Source: an uncultured Methanosarcinales archaeon (GTDB lineage: Archaea; Nanobdellota; Nanobdellia; Woesearchaeales; GW2011-AR4). Taken from it: a stretch of DNA of 64,000 nt. Position numbers and translations under genes: made by a program. This document shows, piece by piece, positions 49,276 through 59,625 of this stretch (positions are counted from its first letter, which is position 1; each line of letters begins with the position of its first letter). The DNA is taken from positions 8,538 through 72,537 of the forward strand of contig CAYXZV010000003.1 of the NCBI GenBank assembly GCA_964469645.1, given 5' to 3'. The notes beneath the pieces were generated by a model, which saw only the letters and a list, made by a program, of their open reading frames with translations, made no database searches and was not told where the DNA came from.

Positions 49276-51999
49276 CTACTCTTTCTCGCCAAGAGATCCA
49301 ATAACATCCCCTAACTTGTCAAAATTAGCTCCAAAAACAACCCAATCTCCCTTATTCATCGCATCAAGGATTGCATCATAATAATCATTTGCTTCTTTAA
49401 TTAAATCTTCTTCTGATTTATCCACACTTGCATCTCCTACAATTTCCACAGTCCTTGATGTTGACGATCCAAAAAGTTTTTGCAGACCTGTAGCCAGGTC
49501 TTTTTCCATAATAACTCTTTCCCCATCAGAAACAATTACTCTCTTTAATTCAGGTAGTTGTCCTTTCTCAGCCTGCAGATATAGTGGCTCTATGTAAAGC
49601 AAACTATTTTCAATAGGTATCACAAGTAGGTTTCCTCTAGTTACTCTGGAACCCTGCTGGCCCCATAAAGTGAGCTGCTGGGATATTTCAGAATCCTGAT
49701 CAATCCTTGCTTCTATCTGTAAAGGGCCATAAACCAGCTTATCCTTCGGAAATTTGAAAAGCAATAATTTGCCATAATCCTCCCCATCAGACCTTGCAGC
49801 AAACCAAGCATTCATATTGTCTTTCTTAAGGGGAGTAAATGTAGTCATCAAAACAAACTCTTCTTTTCTTTCTCCGGGTAATTTCATTATTATATAATAG
49901 GGCTCAACTTCTATCTGCTGACCAGTTCCATAAATCTCACTAGGTATCTCCCATGCATCTTCCTTGTTATAGAAGACAGTTGGATCCTCCATATGGTATG
50001 TGCTGTAGATTGAAGATTGCACTTTGAAAAGGTCTTCCGGATATCTTATGTGTTCTTTCAGAGATTCTGGAAATTCATCAAAACTCTTGAATTGTCCAGG
50101 AAATATATTTGCATACACTTTCATCAAAGGATCCTTTTCATCGATAATATAATAGGTAACATCTCCATTGTATGCATCGACAACGATCTTAACTGAATTC
50201 CTGATATAATTTATCCTTCCGAACTTTTGAGAGTAGGGGAAATTACCTGTAACAGTATAAGCATCCTGGATCCACAATAACTTGCCTTCATTGATGACTA
50301 TGTAAGGGTCATCATCAAGAAGAAGGAATGGTGTTATCTTTGATATCCTCTCCTGGATATTTCTTAGAAACATCATTCTACTCTCTGAAGTTATATCAGA
50401 CGATAAAAGGATCTTAATATCTGCAAATCTTACTGCCATGAAAAGTTTTTTGACAAAAGAGTCCAACACTACACCGCCAGCACCGTCATAGTTTATGTAT
50501 TCGTTAGTGTTTCCTTTTGGAAAATCGAATTCGTCCGTATTAGTGTTTACAAGAATAAAATCATTCTCATTTTCGCCATAATAAATCCTTGGCTGGTCTA
50601 TTTTAAGGTCATTTCCTGCAACGGTATATGATGGAGGGATGTCCTTAACAAGATAATTCGGGAGACCTTGATCAGTAACTTTGTTTACTGGACTTACAAC
50701 AACTCCAAATCCATGGCTATAGACCATATGCAGATTTACCCATGTCTTCGCATTATCAGCTATCTGGTTCTGGTCAAGTTCACGTGGAGCAAGCATGACC
50801 TGGGTATATTTTCCGTTAATACTATACCTATCTATATCAATTCCCGATAGATCATAATAAAGCCTTATCTCTTGAGTCTGCTTATATGTCTGTGTTAATG
50901 GCCTGTAATCAAGGATCCTTACGTTGTCTATAGTCTCACTTGACTTATCAATAACATTGGCATCCAGGGTCTGCTCAACATCAAAATCTCTCTCTTCGAC
51001 ATCCAGACCGTACGCAATCTTTGTAAATTTTATGTTATTCTCAAGGTAAGGCTTCTCTAAGTTGATCTCATTCGGGCTTACCTTAAGCGACTGCACAATC
51101 TGTGGTATAATTGATTGACCAACAACGACGAAAGCCACATACAAAACCAAAACAAAAATGACAAGGTGTCTTTTCCCTATCTTCTGTGATTTCGAAAAGA
51201 AAAAAATCCATATATAAAAAAGAATCGCGACAAAAATAGCAAAGACCATCAGGAACTTTACCACAGGTATAAAAATAACAACATCTGTATAGCCGGCACC
51301 TACAACTATTCCGCTCTCTGAGTACATAACAAGAAATCTCTCAAGGTAATGCCTGGCCGCAAGTAGAAGAAATATAAGCGAGAAAAGTATAGCCATATGA
51401 GTCATAGCGGATTTCTTAACCTTCGAGATTTCCTGCCAAAAATTGAATGATTTGTAGACTGTGTTAGTATTTGGATCAACCTGAGGGGTAAAAAAAGAGA
51501 TTATGATGTTATAGAGATAATATAGAAGCACAACTATTGTTGTAATTATAACAGCCGCAAATACAAACCTCCACAAAACAAGAAAGAATGGAAGAGAAAA
51601 AACATAGAAAGCCACATCTTTTCCGAGTATTGGATCCTGAAGACCAAATGGAACCTGGTTTAGGTATTGTAGGAATGTAAGCCATGCTGCTGATGCCGAG
51701 AGTCCTTGAAACAGCGACAGCAGGGCAATTATTGAGATTCCTATTTTAAAAGATATCTTGGATACTTGAAACTTGGAAGCTATCCATAAGTTTATCGCTG
51801 CAAATATGAAGAAAGACAATGCTGCTACAATAAAAAAGATTATTTTTGCAAATAAGCTTATGGTAAATATTTCTTTGAATTCTAAAGCGGAAAACCAAAG
51901 ATAATCAGTATAAAGGGCCACAATACCTGAGATTGAGAACACAAGAAGTACTACAATGAATAAGAATACATATTGCAGATAGCTTCTTATATTAGACAT
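49276..51999 (-). CDS. UPF0182 family membrane protein
   Basis: DYLWF, DP..GKDVAFYVFSLP, PNE...EKPY, WVNLH..YSHG, NYIRNSVK, YPEDLF, GNLLVIP; start ATG 51999 chosen from TATA spacing. Confidence 0.9.
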   Translation of the reverse strand: MSNIRSYLQYVFLFIVVLLVFSISGIVALYTDYLWFSALEFKEIFTISLFAKIIFFIVAALSFFIFAAINLWIASKFQVSKISFKIGISIIALLSLFQGLSASAAWLTFLQYLNQVPFGLQDPILGKDVAFYVFSLPFFLVLWRFVFAAVIITTIVVLLYYLYNIIISFFTPQVDPNTNTVYKSFNFWQEISKVKKSAMTHMAILFSLIFLLLAARHYLERFLVMYSESGIVVGAGYTDVVIFIPVVKFLMVFAIFVAILFYIWIFFFSKSQKIGKRHLVIFVLVLYVAFVVVGQSIIPQIVQSLKVSPNEINLEKPYLENNIKFTKIAYGLDVEERDFDVEQTLDANVIDKSSETIDNVRILDYRPLTQTYKQTQEIRLYYDLSGIDIDRYSINGKYTQVMLAPRELDQNQIADNAKTWVNLHMVYSHGFGVVVSPVNKVTDQGLPNYLVKDIPPSYTVAGNDLKIDQPRIYYGENENDFILVNTNTDEFDFPKGNTNEYINYDGAGGVVLDSFVKKLFMAVRFADIKILLSSDITSESRMMFLRNIQERISKITPFLLLDDDPYIVINEGKLLWIQDAYTVTGNFPYSQKFGRINYIRNSVKIVVDAYNGDVTYYIIDEKDPLMKVYANIFPGQFKSFDEFPESLKEHIRYPEDLFKVQSSIYSTYHMEDPTVFYNKEDAWEIPSEIYGTGQQIEVEPYYIIMKLPGERKEEFVLMTTFTPLKKDNMNAWFAARSDGEDYGKLLLFKFPKDKLVYGPLQIEARIDQDSEISQQLTLWGQQGSRVTRGNLLVIPIENSLLYIEPLYLQAEKGQLPELKRVIVSDGERVIMEKDLATGLQKLFGSSTSRTVEIVGDASVDKSEEDLIKEANDYYDAILDAMNKGDWVVFGANFDKLGDVIGSLGEKE

Positions 52000-52095
52000 A
52001 CAAGCGAGTACAACCTTCATATTTTTAAAAGTTACTGAAAAAACAGCATTATTTTTCAACGAAAGGTTTTTAAACGCCTTGGAATTAGTTTAGAC

Positions 52096-52593
52096 GTGAA
52101 TTCAATAGACAAACTTAAGGACGGGAAAGGAGAAATAGACATAAAGGGCATTAAAAAAACAATACCATATGAAAACCCTTTCTTGTTCATTGATCGTGTT
52201 TTAAAGATAGATAAAAAGAACATTGTCGCAATAAAAAGAGTGAAAGGAGATGAGAGTTTCCTCAAAGGTCATTTCAAGGATTTCCCCATAATGCCAGGAG
52301 CTTTAATTATTGAGGGTCTGGGCCAAGCAGCAACAATGCTCATCAGGTATAACATACCACATCATCAAGAAAAAGATATTTTAGCCTATAAGGTAACTGG
52401 CACTAAATTTTTCAGACCGACCTTCCCTGGCCACACTTTAAGATTTGAAGTGAAACTGCTATTGATGTTCAAGAAGATTGCCTTTGTGAAAGGAAAGGTT
52501 TTTAGGAAAGATAAATTGGTAGCAAAAGTAAATATGGCCTTAGCTATTGTCAGTAAAAAACAGTTTAGGGGAAGATACAGTAGGAAAAAGTGA
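52096..52593 (+). CDS. fabZ: 3-hydroxyacyl dehydratase, FabZ type
   Basis: PFLFIDRV, GHFKDFPIMPGALIIEGLGQ with catalytic His/Glu, F..P..PG. Confidence 0.88.
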   Translation: MNSIDKLKDGKGEIDIKGIKKTIPYENPFLFIDRVLKIDKKNIVAIKRVKGDESFLKGHFKDFPIMPGALIIEGLGQAATMLIRYNIPHHQEKDILAYKVTGTKFFRPTFPGHTLRFEVKLLLMFKKIAFVKGKVFRKDKLVAKVNMALAIVSKKQFRGRYSRKK

Positions 52594-52620
52594 TTGATGT
52601 AAATTCTTAAAGGTGTAAAA

Positions 52621-53748
52621 ATGTATGTAAAAGGAGTAGGTATGACAAAATTCGCTGCCCATAGTGCAAGTAGTCAGGAGCTTTGCTACGAAGCTGTTAT
52701 GGAAGCCCTGGAAGATGCTAATATGTCTATATCTGATATAGACGAGATAATATTGTCAAAGGGAGACTCGGTAAAGGATGGGGAAAGGCAAAGGCTTTTC
52801 CCAGGAGTCTTGAGTAGCATATTGGGGGAAGAAAACATACCCATCATCAGGGTTACGGCTGCATGCAGTGGTGGTGGCAGTGCTTTCTGGGATGCGATGC
52901 ACTCAGACAAGAGGAACATACTAGTGCTCGGGATAGAAAAGTTAAGCAAAGGACTTACTAAATACACCACAGATAATTTTATGATGGCTGCCGAGAGGGT
53001 ATATGAACAACTGGAAGGCCTTAATTTTCCTGCTCAAAATGCTTTAATCGCTCAGCAATATATGATGAAATATGGCGCAACTTCAGATGATCTCGCGTTA
53101 GTAGCGTTGAAAAATCACGAAAATGCATATAACAATCCAAAAGCGAGGTTCTATGGCAAAAAAGTCACTTTGGATATGATAAAAAAGTCACCTGTTATTG
53201 CTTCTCCATTGAGATTGTTTGATTGTAGCATATCTGTAGACGGTGCTGCAGCGGCTATAATAAGTAAAGAAGAAAGTGATATCAAAATAATCGGTTCATC
53301 CCTATATGCGGGTAGATTGTCTCCTTTTGAGAGTATTGATATGACAACTTGGGATGCTGCTGTTCTTGCAGCAAAAGCTGCTTATAATGAAGCAGGAATA
53401 ACCCATGAAGATGTTGATTTTATTGAATTGCATGATGCATTTACACCAGTAGAGCTTATATCTTATGAGGATCTGGGATTTGCAAAGAAAGGTGAAGGAA
53501 GAAAACTGATTAAAAAGGGAACGACAAAAATCAATGGCGCGCTTCCTGTAAACACTTCTGGTGGATTGAAGGCTAAGGGTCATCCTGTAAGTGCAACCGG
53601 GATTTCTCAAATTTATGAGATTGTTAATCAGATGAGAAGCAAATGTGGTAAAAGGCAGATAGATAGGAACAAAATCGGGCTTGCCCACAATGTAGGAGGA
53701 GCAGGTAGTACTGCTACAGTTAATATATTCAAGAACATAGGTGGTTAA
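52621..53748 (+). CDS. Archaeal/SCP2-type thiolase, copy 1
   Basis: GVGMTKF, AACSGG (Cys), DGAAA, ELHDAF, VNTSGGLKAKGHP, HNVGG. Confidence 0.9.
   Translation: MYVKGVGMTKFAAHSASSQELCYEAVMEALEDANMSISDIDEIILSKGDSVKDGERQRLFPGVLSSILGEENIPIIRVTAACSGGGSAFWDAMHSDKRNILVLGIEKLSKGLTKYTTDNFMMAAERVYEQLEGLNFPAQNALIAQQYMMKYGATSDDLALVALKNHENAYNNPKARFYGKKVTLDMIKKSPVIASPLRLFDCSISVDGAAAAIISKEESDIKIIGSSLYAGRLSPFESIDMTTWDAAVLAAKAAYNEAGITHEDVDFIELHDAFTPVELISYEDLGFAKKGEGRKLIKKGTTKINGALPVNTSGGLKAKGHPVSATGISQIYEIVNQMRSKCGKRQIDRNKIGLAHNVGGAGSTATVNIFKNIGG
53053..53280 (+). repeat. Near-identical internal segment shared with thiolase copy 2
   Basis: 53053-53198 is identical to 55678-55823 (146 bp); high identity continues to 53280/55905. 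Confidence 0.9.
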
Positions 53749-55217
53749 TGATGATTACAAGATGGATTTGTGAGAAGGATAATAAAAAATGGATTTATCC
53801 AGTTAAGAAGTGCATACACTGTAAAGGTCCCATAAAAAAACAAACAAGTAGAACAGCAAAGGTCATAGGCATAACTAAGGTAAATGTTCCTTCTCCTATG
53901 CACCCAATAATACCTTACAACGTCATTCTTCTTGAGGACGAGTATGGAAACAGGATGCCAAAAAAAACAATGAAGGACTATAAAATTGGCAGCATATATT
54001 CAATTGAAGCTGCGAAAACCAATTCTGCAGTCATAATAACAAAAATAAAATATGATCTTAAAGAAGCTCTCAAAGAATCATTAAGTTTGTTGAATTCCTT
54101 TGATATCAGCAAAGAAGACAAGGTTTTGATAAAGCCCTGCATCATAGAACCTGCATATCCATACCAGGCAGTGAACACCAATCCAGAAGTATTGGATGGG
54201 ATTATAAAACTGCTAAAAGATAAGGGAGTTTCTGACATAGTCTTAGGAGAACAGGCTATGGCTGGAAACGATGTAAATGCAGCTGCAAAAAAATCAGGTA
54301 TTCTTGTCATATGCAAAAATAATGAAATCCCTTTAGTAGACATTGGAAAATCAGAATACATAGAAAAGACAGAAAATGGAATGAAGTTTAATGTTGCGAA
54401 AGAGATTATGGAGAGAAAGATCATTAATGTTCCTGTAATGAAGACAAATTCTCAAATAGGCATATCAGGTGCAATAGAAAACATGTTGAGGGTTGTTGAC
54501 CAGAAAACCCAGATGGAAATGTTTGCAGGAGACATAGAAAAAACCTTGCCTAAGCTGATAAAAGTGCTGCCTAAGTTTATAACAATAGGTGATGCTACTA
54601 TCGGTATGCAGGGCCAGGGTCCGACATTGCTGGGAGAACCGGCTTTCATGAACATGTTGTTCATAAGTAAAGATCCTGTCGCTCTTGATAGTGTGTTTTG
54701 CGAAGCAGGTATGTTTTCAAAACCCAAATACGTAAATGAAGCATCCAGTATAGGAGCTGGTAATGGAAATGTAAAAGAATTAGAGATAGTTGGTGATGAG
54801 TTGGAACCGATTAAATATCACCTAAAAGTTCCGGATAAGGAAGCAACTGCACATCCAAGAATCAAGCTTATTGATGGTAAATCAGATCCTATAACATTCA
54901 ACACCATACTAAAAACAAGTTCAAAGCTTGTCGGACTATCGGGATATGAAGTAAACATAGCTATTGGGAAATTTCTAACAGAAGATATGGTGAAAGGAAA
55001 AGAAAGGCTGATAGCGTATGGAAGCGATGCCATAAACAGGTTAAGAGAACTGAATGTAGAACCTATAGCAGAGATTCAAGAAGACATTGACAACATAGAA
55101 AAATTGATGTTGGTGAAAGGAATATTAGAAAACCCTGACAAAAAAAGCATAAATGTGAAGGATAAAGTAAAATCGAAACTCACCAGCATTGGCGCTAAGA
55201 TAAAAAACGCATTCTGA
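53748..55217 (+). CDS. DUF35 (Zn-ribbon/OB-fold) fused to DUF362 domain
   Basis: N-terminal CEKD...YP...CIHC and OB-like PYNVILLE; then VLIKP, NTNPEV, IINVPVMKT, DPVALD typical of DUF362. Confidence 0.75.
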   Translation: MMITRWICEKDNKKWIYPVKKCIHCKGPIKKQTSRTAKVIGITKVNVPSPMHPIIPYNVILLEDEYGNRMPKKTMKDYKIGSIYSIEAAKTNSAVIITKIKYDLKEALKESLSLLNSFDISKEDKVLIKPCIIEPAYPYQAVNTNPEVLDGIIKLLKDKGVSDIVLGEQAMAGNDVNAAAKKSGILVICKNNEIPLVDIGKSEYIEKTENGMKFNVAKEIMERKIINVPVMKTNSQIGISGAIENMLRVVDQKTQMEMFAGDIEKTLPKLIKVLPKFITIGDATIGMQGQGPTLLGEPAFMNMLFISKDPVALDSVFCEAGMFSKPKYVNEASSIGAGNGNVKELEIVGDELEPIKYHLKVPDKEATAHPRIKLIDGKSDPITFNTILKTSSKLVGLSGYEVNIAIGKFLTEDMVKGKERLIAYGSDAINRLRELNVEPIAEIQEDIDNIEKLMLVKGILENPDKKSINVKDKVKSKLTSIGAKIKNAF

Positions 55218-55230
55218 CTTTTGAGGCACT

Positions 55231-56370
55231 ATGGCAGTTTATATTAAAGGTGTGGGGATGACGAAATTCGGTGTAGACAGGAAGAGTTCTTACGAGAGAG
55301 TATGTGAAGTTGTTAACGAATCACTTGAATCAGCAGATATGGAATTCAAAGATATAGATGTAATCTTTGCATCGAATTCAGAATCTGAAAGGAATGAGGA
55401 AAGGCAAAAGCACCAAGGTCCTATGCTAAGCACTTTATTCCAGAGAAAGATGCCAATACTGAATGTGCCTGCTGGCTGTGCGGGTGGGGGTGTTGCCTTA
55501 TGGAATTCCATCAATTACCTCAAATCTTCAACATGTAAAAATATTATGGTTATTGGGTATGACAGCGTAGTATCATTGACTTCAGAACTTCTTACAGATG
55601 AGATACTTATGGGTACTGAACACTTATATGAACAAACAGAAGGCCTTATTTTTCCTGCTCAAAATGCGCTTGTTGCGCAGCAATATATGATGAAATATGG
55701 CGCAACTTCAGATGATCTCGCGTTAGTAGCGTTGAAAAATCACGAAAATGCATATAACAATCCAAAAGCGAGGTTCTATGGCAAAAAAGTCACTTTGGAT
55801 ATGATAAAAAAGTCACCTGTTATCGCTTCTCCATTAAGATTGTTTGATTGTAGCATATCTGTAAATGGTGCTGCAGCGGCTATAATAAGCAAAGAAGAAA
55901 GTGATGTTAAGATAGTTGGAGCCGGGATGTGTACTTCCAGTTTGTCGCCGATGGAAAGAGAAGATATGACTTCAATGAATGCTACAATAAATGCTGCAAA
56001 GACTGCTTATGAACAAGCAGGAATAAGGCCAGAAGATCTGGATATAGCAGAACTGCATGACGCATTCACACCATTAGAGCTTCTATCCTATGACGACCTG
56101 GGTTTTTGCAGCAAAGGACAAGGCCCAGAGTTGATAAGAAGTGGAAAAACAAAGATCAATGGCGCACTTCCTGTCAATACTTCTGGTGGATTAAAGGCAA
56201 AAGGTCATCCTATCAGCCCTACAGGCCTGTCTCAGATATATGAGATTGTAAAACAGATGAAGAATGAGTGCGGAAAAAATCAGATAAGTAAACCGAAATA
56301 CGGTCTTGCACAGAATATTGGTGGTGTAGGTACAATGGTTGCAGTGCACATATTAAAGAATCTTAATTAA
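55231..56370 (+). CDS. Archaeal/SCP2-type thiolase, copy 2
   Basis: GVGMTKFG, AGCAGG (Cys), ELHDAF, GGLKAKGHP, QNIGG. Confidence 0.9.
   Translation: MAVYIKGVGMTKFGVDRKSSYERVCEVVNESLESADMEFKDIDVIFASNSESERNEERQKHQGPMLSTLFQRKMPILNVPAGCAGGGVALWNSINYLKSSTCKNIMVIGYDSVVSLTSELLTDEILMGTEHLYEQTEGLIFPAQNALVAQQYMMKYGATSDDLALVALKNHENAYNNPKARFYGKKVTLDMIKKSPVIASPLRLFDCSISVNGAAAAIISKEESDVKIVGAGMCTSSLSPMEREDMTSMNATINAAKTAYEQAGIRPEDLDIAELHDAFTPLELLSYDDLGFCSKGQGPELIRSGKTKINGALPVNTSGGLKAKGHPISPTGLSQIYEIVKQMKNECGKNQISKPKYGLAQNIGGVGTMVAVHILKNLN
55678..55905 (+). repeat. Near-identical internal segment shared with thiolase copy 1
   Basis: Matches 53053-53280. Confidence 0.9.
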
Positions 56371-57127
56371 TCTTTTTCTTTCTTAGAAATCCTTTTAGTA
56401 TCTCACTGTTTTCTTTAGTTCTTGAACATTTAATATATGACTCAGCTTCAAAATCATCCTGTAAGTCTTTAAGGTAGTCGCTATTGACTGATTTTTTTGT
56501 GAGTTCCAATGCCTTCACCGGTTTTTTTGCTATCTCTGAAACTAAATCGCCCAAAAAAGAATCTATTTTATCCTCTGCAACCAGGAAATCTACTAAACCC
56601 CACTCAAGAGCTGTTTTGCTGTCTATCACTCTTCCTGTAAAAAGCATATATTTTGCCTTTCCAAGCCCGATTAGTCTTGGTAATCTTTTTGTGCCACCAA
56701 GTGGAGCCACTGTTCCAAGAGATGTTTCAGGGTGTATAAACTTTGCAGAAGGAAGTGCTATCCTCATATCACAAGCCATTGCCAGTTCATTCCCTCCACC
56801 CACTGCATGTCCATTAATAACTGCTATGACTGCTTGAGGCAGATTTTCTATCTTAGAAAAAACACTCTGAACAAAATTCATTTGCTCTTTTGCTTTTTGT
56901 AAGCTAAGGCTACCCACTTGTTTTTCCCATGATATGTCTCCTCCTGCACAAAAAGATTTACCAGAACCTTTTATTATTATGACTTTCAAGTCGCTTTTTT
57001 TTATTTTGTCAAGAAGTTTATCCAGCTCATTAATCATGCTTAAATCAAAACAATTCAGCTTTTCGGGATTCTTGATAGTAATAGTTCCTGCATGTTCTTT
57101 GCTATCAAAGAGTATTGTACCTTTCAT
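56363..57127 (-). CDS. Enoyl-CoA hydratase (crotonase family)
   Basis: FCAGGD, AVINGHAVGGGNELAMACD, PE, GGTKRLPRLIG. Confidence 0.92.
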   Translation of the reverse strand: MKGTILFDSKEHAGTITIKNPEKLNCFDLSMINELDKLLDKIKKSDLKVIIIKGSGKSFCAGGDISWEKQVGSLSLQKAKEQMNFVQSVFSKIENLPQAVIAVINGHAVGGGNELAMACDMRIALPSAKFIHPETSLGTVAPLGGTKRLPRLIGLGKAKYMLFTGRVIDSKTALEWGLVDFLVAEDKIDSFLGDLVSEIAKKPVKALELTKKSVNSDYLKDLQDDFEAESYIKCSRTKENSEILKGFLRKKKIN

Positions 57128-57131
57128 TTTG

Positions 57132-58532
57132 TTATGATTTTGGGTTTAATATATGTATAGCTTTCCCCATTGTTGCTTCTGCAGCTTCCATTAAGCTCTC
57201 GCTCAACGTAGGGTGGGGGTGTATTGTCAGAGCCAAATCATCCAAAGTAGCTCCCATCTTTATCGCTAAAGACGCTTCACTTATGAGGTCTGATGCATCA
57301 TTGCCTATAATCTGGACACCTATTATCTTACTGCTTTTTTCATCTGCAATTATTTTGACAAATCCTTCTGTTTCGTTTTTCGTCATTGCTCTGCTTGAGA
57401 CTCTAAAAGGGAACTTTCCTGTTTTTACCTTTATGCCTTTATCTTTTGCTTCTTCCTCACTTAATCCTACGATAGCTATCTCGGGGTCAGTGAATATCAC
57501 AGCTGGAACAACTGCATTTTCATAACTCTCTTTGTATCCTGCAATTACTTCTGCAACGGATTTTCCCTGGCTGGATGCCTTATGAGCCAGCATTGGCCCT
57601 ACAGAAACGTCACCTATTGCATATATACTTCCATCATCTGTTCTCAAATTCCCATCTACTTTGACAAATCCTTTATCATCCAATTTTACCTTCGTATTTT
57701 CAAGACCAATCTCATCAGCTATTGGTTTTCTCCCGACAGCAACTAAAACATTATCAGCATCCAACAATATTTTCCCTTTATCTTTTGAGCTTATACCTAC
57801 CTTGCCGTCTTCAAACTTCTCTGCTTTTGAATTAAGATGTATTTTCACGTCAATTTTTTCAAGATTTTTTTGCAGAACATCCACTATGCTTCTATCAAAT
57901 CCTGGCAGAATCTGGCTTGTCATCTCAACAACATGAACCTTGCTCCCAAGTTTTGCATAAACAGTTCCAAGCTCAAGACCTATATAACCTCCTCCAACTA
58001 CTACCAAATTCTTAGGAATATCATCAAGATACAAAGCATCTGTTGAACTTATTATCTTCTTTCCATCGAATTTGAAGTTTGGAAGCTCAATTGGCTTGGA
58101 GCCTACTGCAATTATCGCATTCTTAAAATCCACATAAGAATTTCCATTAGTTATTTTCAATCTGTTGGAACTTTCAAAAAAACCTGTTCCTTTAATAACA
58201 TTTATCTTATTTTGTTTGCATAACAGCTCTATGCCTTTATTAAGCTTAGAGATTATCTTGTTTTTCCATTCCTGCATCTTAGCAAAATCCACAGAGACAT
58301 TATCTGCATTTATTCCCATATCAGAAGATTTCTTTATCTTGTCAAAAAGTTCTGATGCGTATATCATTGCTTTTGATGGAATGCAACCATAATTAAGGCA
58401 TATTCCTCCTAACTTGCCCTTATCTACTAAGACTACTTTTTTGCCTAGCTGAGCCAATCTTATAGCAGCCACATATCCGCCAGGACCTGCGCCTATTACA
58501 ACAACTTCAGTTTTTATTGAATTATCTGTCAT
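57132..58532 (-). CDS. lpdA: Dihydrolipoamide dehydrogenase
   Basis: GAGPGGY, GGICLNYGCIPSK, GGGYIGLE, GPMLAHKA, HPHPTLSE. Confidence 0.95.
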   Translation of the reverse strand: MTDNSIKTEVVVIGAGPGGYVAAIRLAQLGKKVVLVDKGKLGGICLNYGCIPSKAMIYASELFDKIKKSSDMGINADNVSVDFAKMQEWKNKIISKLNKGIELLCKQNKINVIKGTGFFESSNRLKITNGNSYVDFKNAIIAVGSKPIELPNFKFDGKKIISSTDALYLDDIPKNLVVVGGGYIGLELGTVYAKLGSKVHVVEMTSQILPGFDRSIVDVLQKNLEKIDVKIHLNSKAEKFEDGKVGISSKDKGKILLDADNVLVAVGRKPIADEIGLENTKVKLDDKGFVKVDGNLRTDDGSIYAIGDVSVGPMLAHKASSQGKSVAEVIAGYKESYENAVVPAVIFTDPEIAIVGLSEEEAKDKGIKVKTGKFPFRVSSRAMTKNETEGFVKIIADEKSSKIIGVQIIGNDASDLISEASLAIKMGATLDDLALTIHPHPTLSESLMEAAEATMGKAIHILNPKS

Positions 58533-58639
58533 TTTATTCTTACATAGGTTCTGTTATCTATTAATAAATCTAACGTTTTGGTTAGGATAAAAGGATAAGA
58601 TTTAAAAAGCGGATATTGTTACAGTTTTAAGTGGGGGCA

Positions 58640-59617
58640 ATGGATACGAATTTACAACAGCCAAAATCGTGGAAACCAGACAGACCAGTATCTAAAGGTG
58701 CTACAACATTTCATGATGCGGTTATAGATGCTTCTTGGAATCATCTTTGTCTTGGTAAACTCATAGAAGTCGCAAGCCCAAATATCCACGACAACGATAT
58801 AGTAGTCGATTTTGGTTGTGGTACGGGCACATCTTCCATCATAATTCTGGAAAAGTTAAAGACCGACATTAGGTTATGGCTGGTTGATAATTCCCCTGCA
58901 TGGTTAGGAAAAGCCTATGAATTTCTTAGCCAGCATCAAAATGTAGATTTTTTTCTGTTAGAAAAGAAGGGTAAAGGGTATTCAACTCTCGCAGAAACTG
59001 TAGGTAAGGAAACTGTAAATCATGTACTATCTGCAAATACTGTACACTTGATACCAAACCTCAAAGAAACCTATAAAGGTATTGCGGACGCATTAAAAAT
59101 CAAAGGGACATTTGTCTTTAACACAGGCAATGTTACAAGAGAAGGAAGAAAAGAAGGTGTCTTAATGCTAGACTCTACAGTGTACAGGGTTCACGACATA
59201 GCTATGGATATTATACGCAATGACTCAAGATTTGAGAAGTACCGGAAGGATCTTGACAAGACTATAGAAGCTTATACTCCATTAAGAAAATTTGTCTTTC
59301 CGGACCCAAGACCAATACAAGAGCACCTGGATGCATTAAAAGAAGCAGGATTTGATTGCTCAGAACCAATATACCAATGCTTTAGGCTTAAGTATAGTGA
59401 CTGGATCAATTTCTTAAGAATTCGAAGGCTGCAGATAGGAATACTTCCAGAGGTAGGTGGTAAGGACGCGACACCTGAAGAAGAGAAAGATAGAGATGAC
59501 TTAATTGTTATGTCCGCAAAAAAACTGTTCAAAGAACTGGAAGAACAAAATCCATTTGCAGATGACAAAACTTACCTTGGCGAATGGACTTATGTGTCTG
59601 CAACAAAAAACCCTTAA
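58640..59617 (+). CDS. Class I SAM-dependent methyltransferase
   Basis: VVDFGCGTG motif I, LVDNS, ANTVHLI..LKIKG; an alternative GTG start is at 58631. Confidence 0.8.
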   Translation: MDTNLQQPKSWKPDRPVSKGATTFHDAVIDASWNHLCLGKLIEVASPNIHDNDIVVDFGCGTGTSSIIILEKLKTDIRLWLVDNSPAWLGKAYEFLSQHQNVDFFLLEKKGKGYSTLAETVGKETVNHVLSANTVHLIPNLKETYKGIADALKIKGTFVFNTGNVTREGRKEGVLMLDSTVYRVHDIAMDIIRNDSRFEKYRKDLDKTIEAYTPLRKFVFPDPRPIQEHLDALKEAGFDCSEPIYQCFRLKYSDWINFLRIRRLQIGILPEVGGKDATPEEEKDRDDLIVMSAKKLFKELEEQNPFADDKTYLGEWTYVSATKNP

Positions 59618-59625
59618 TTTTAAAG

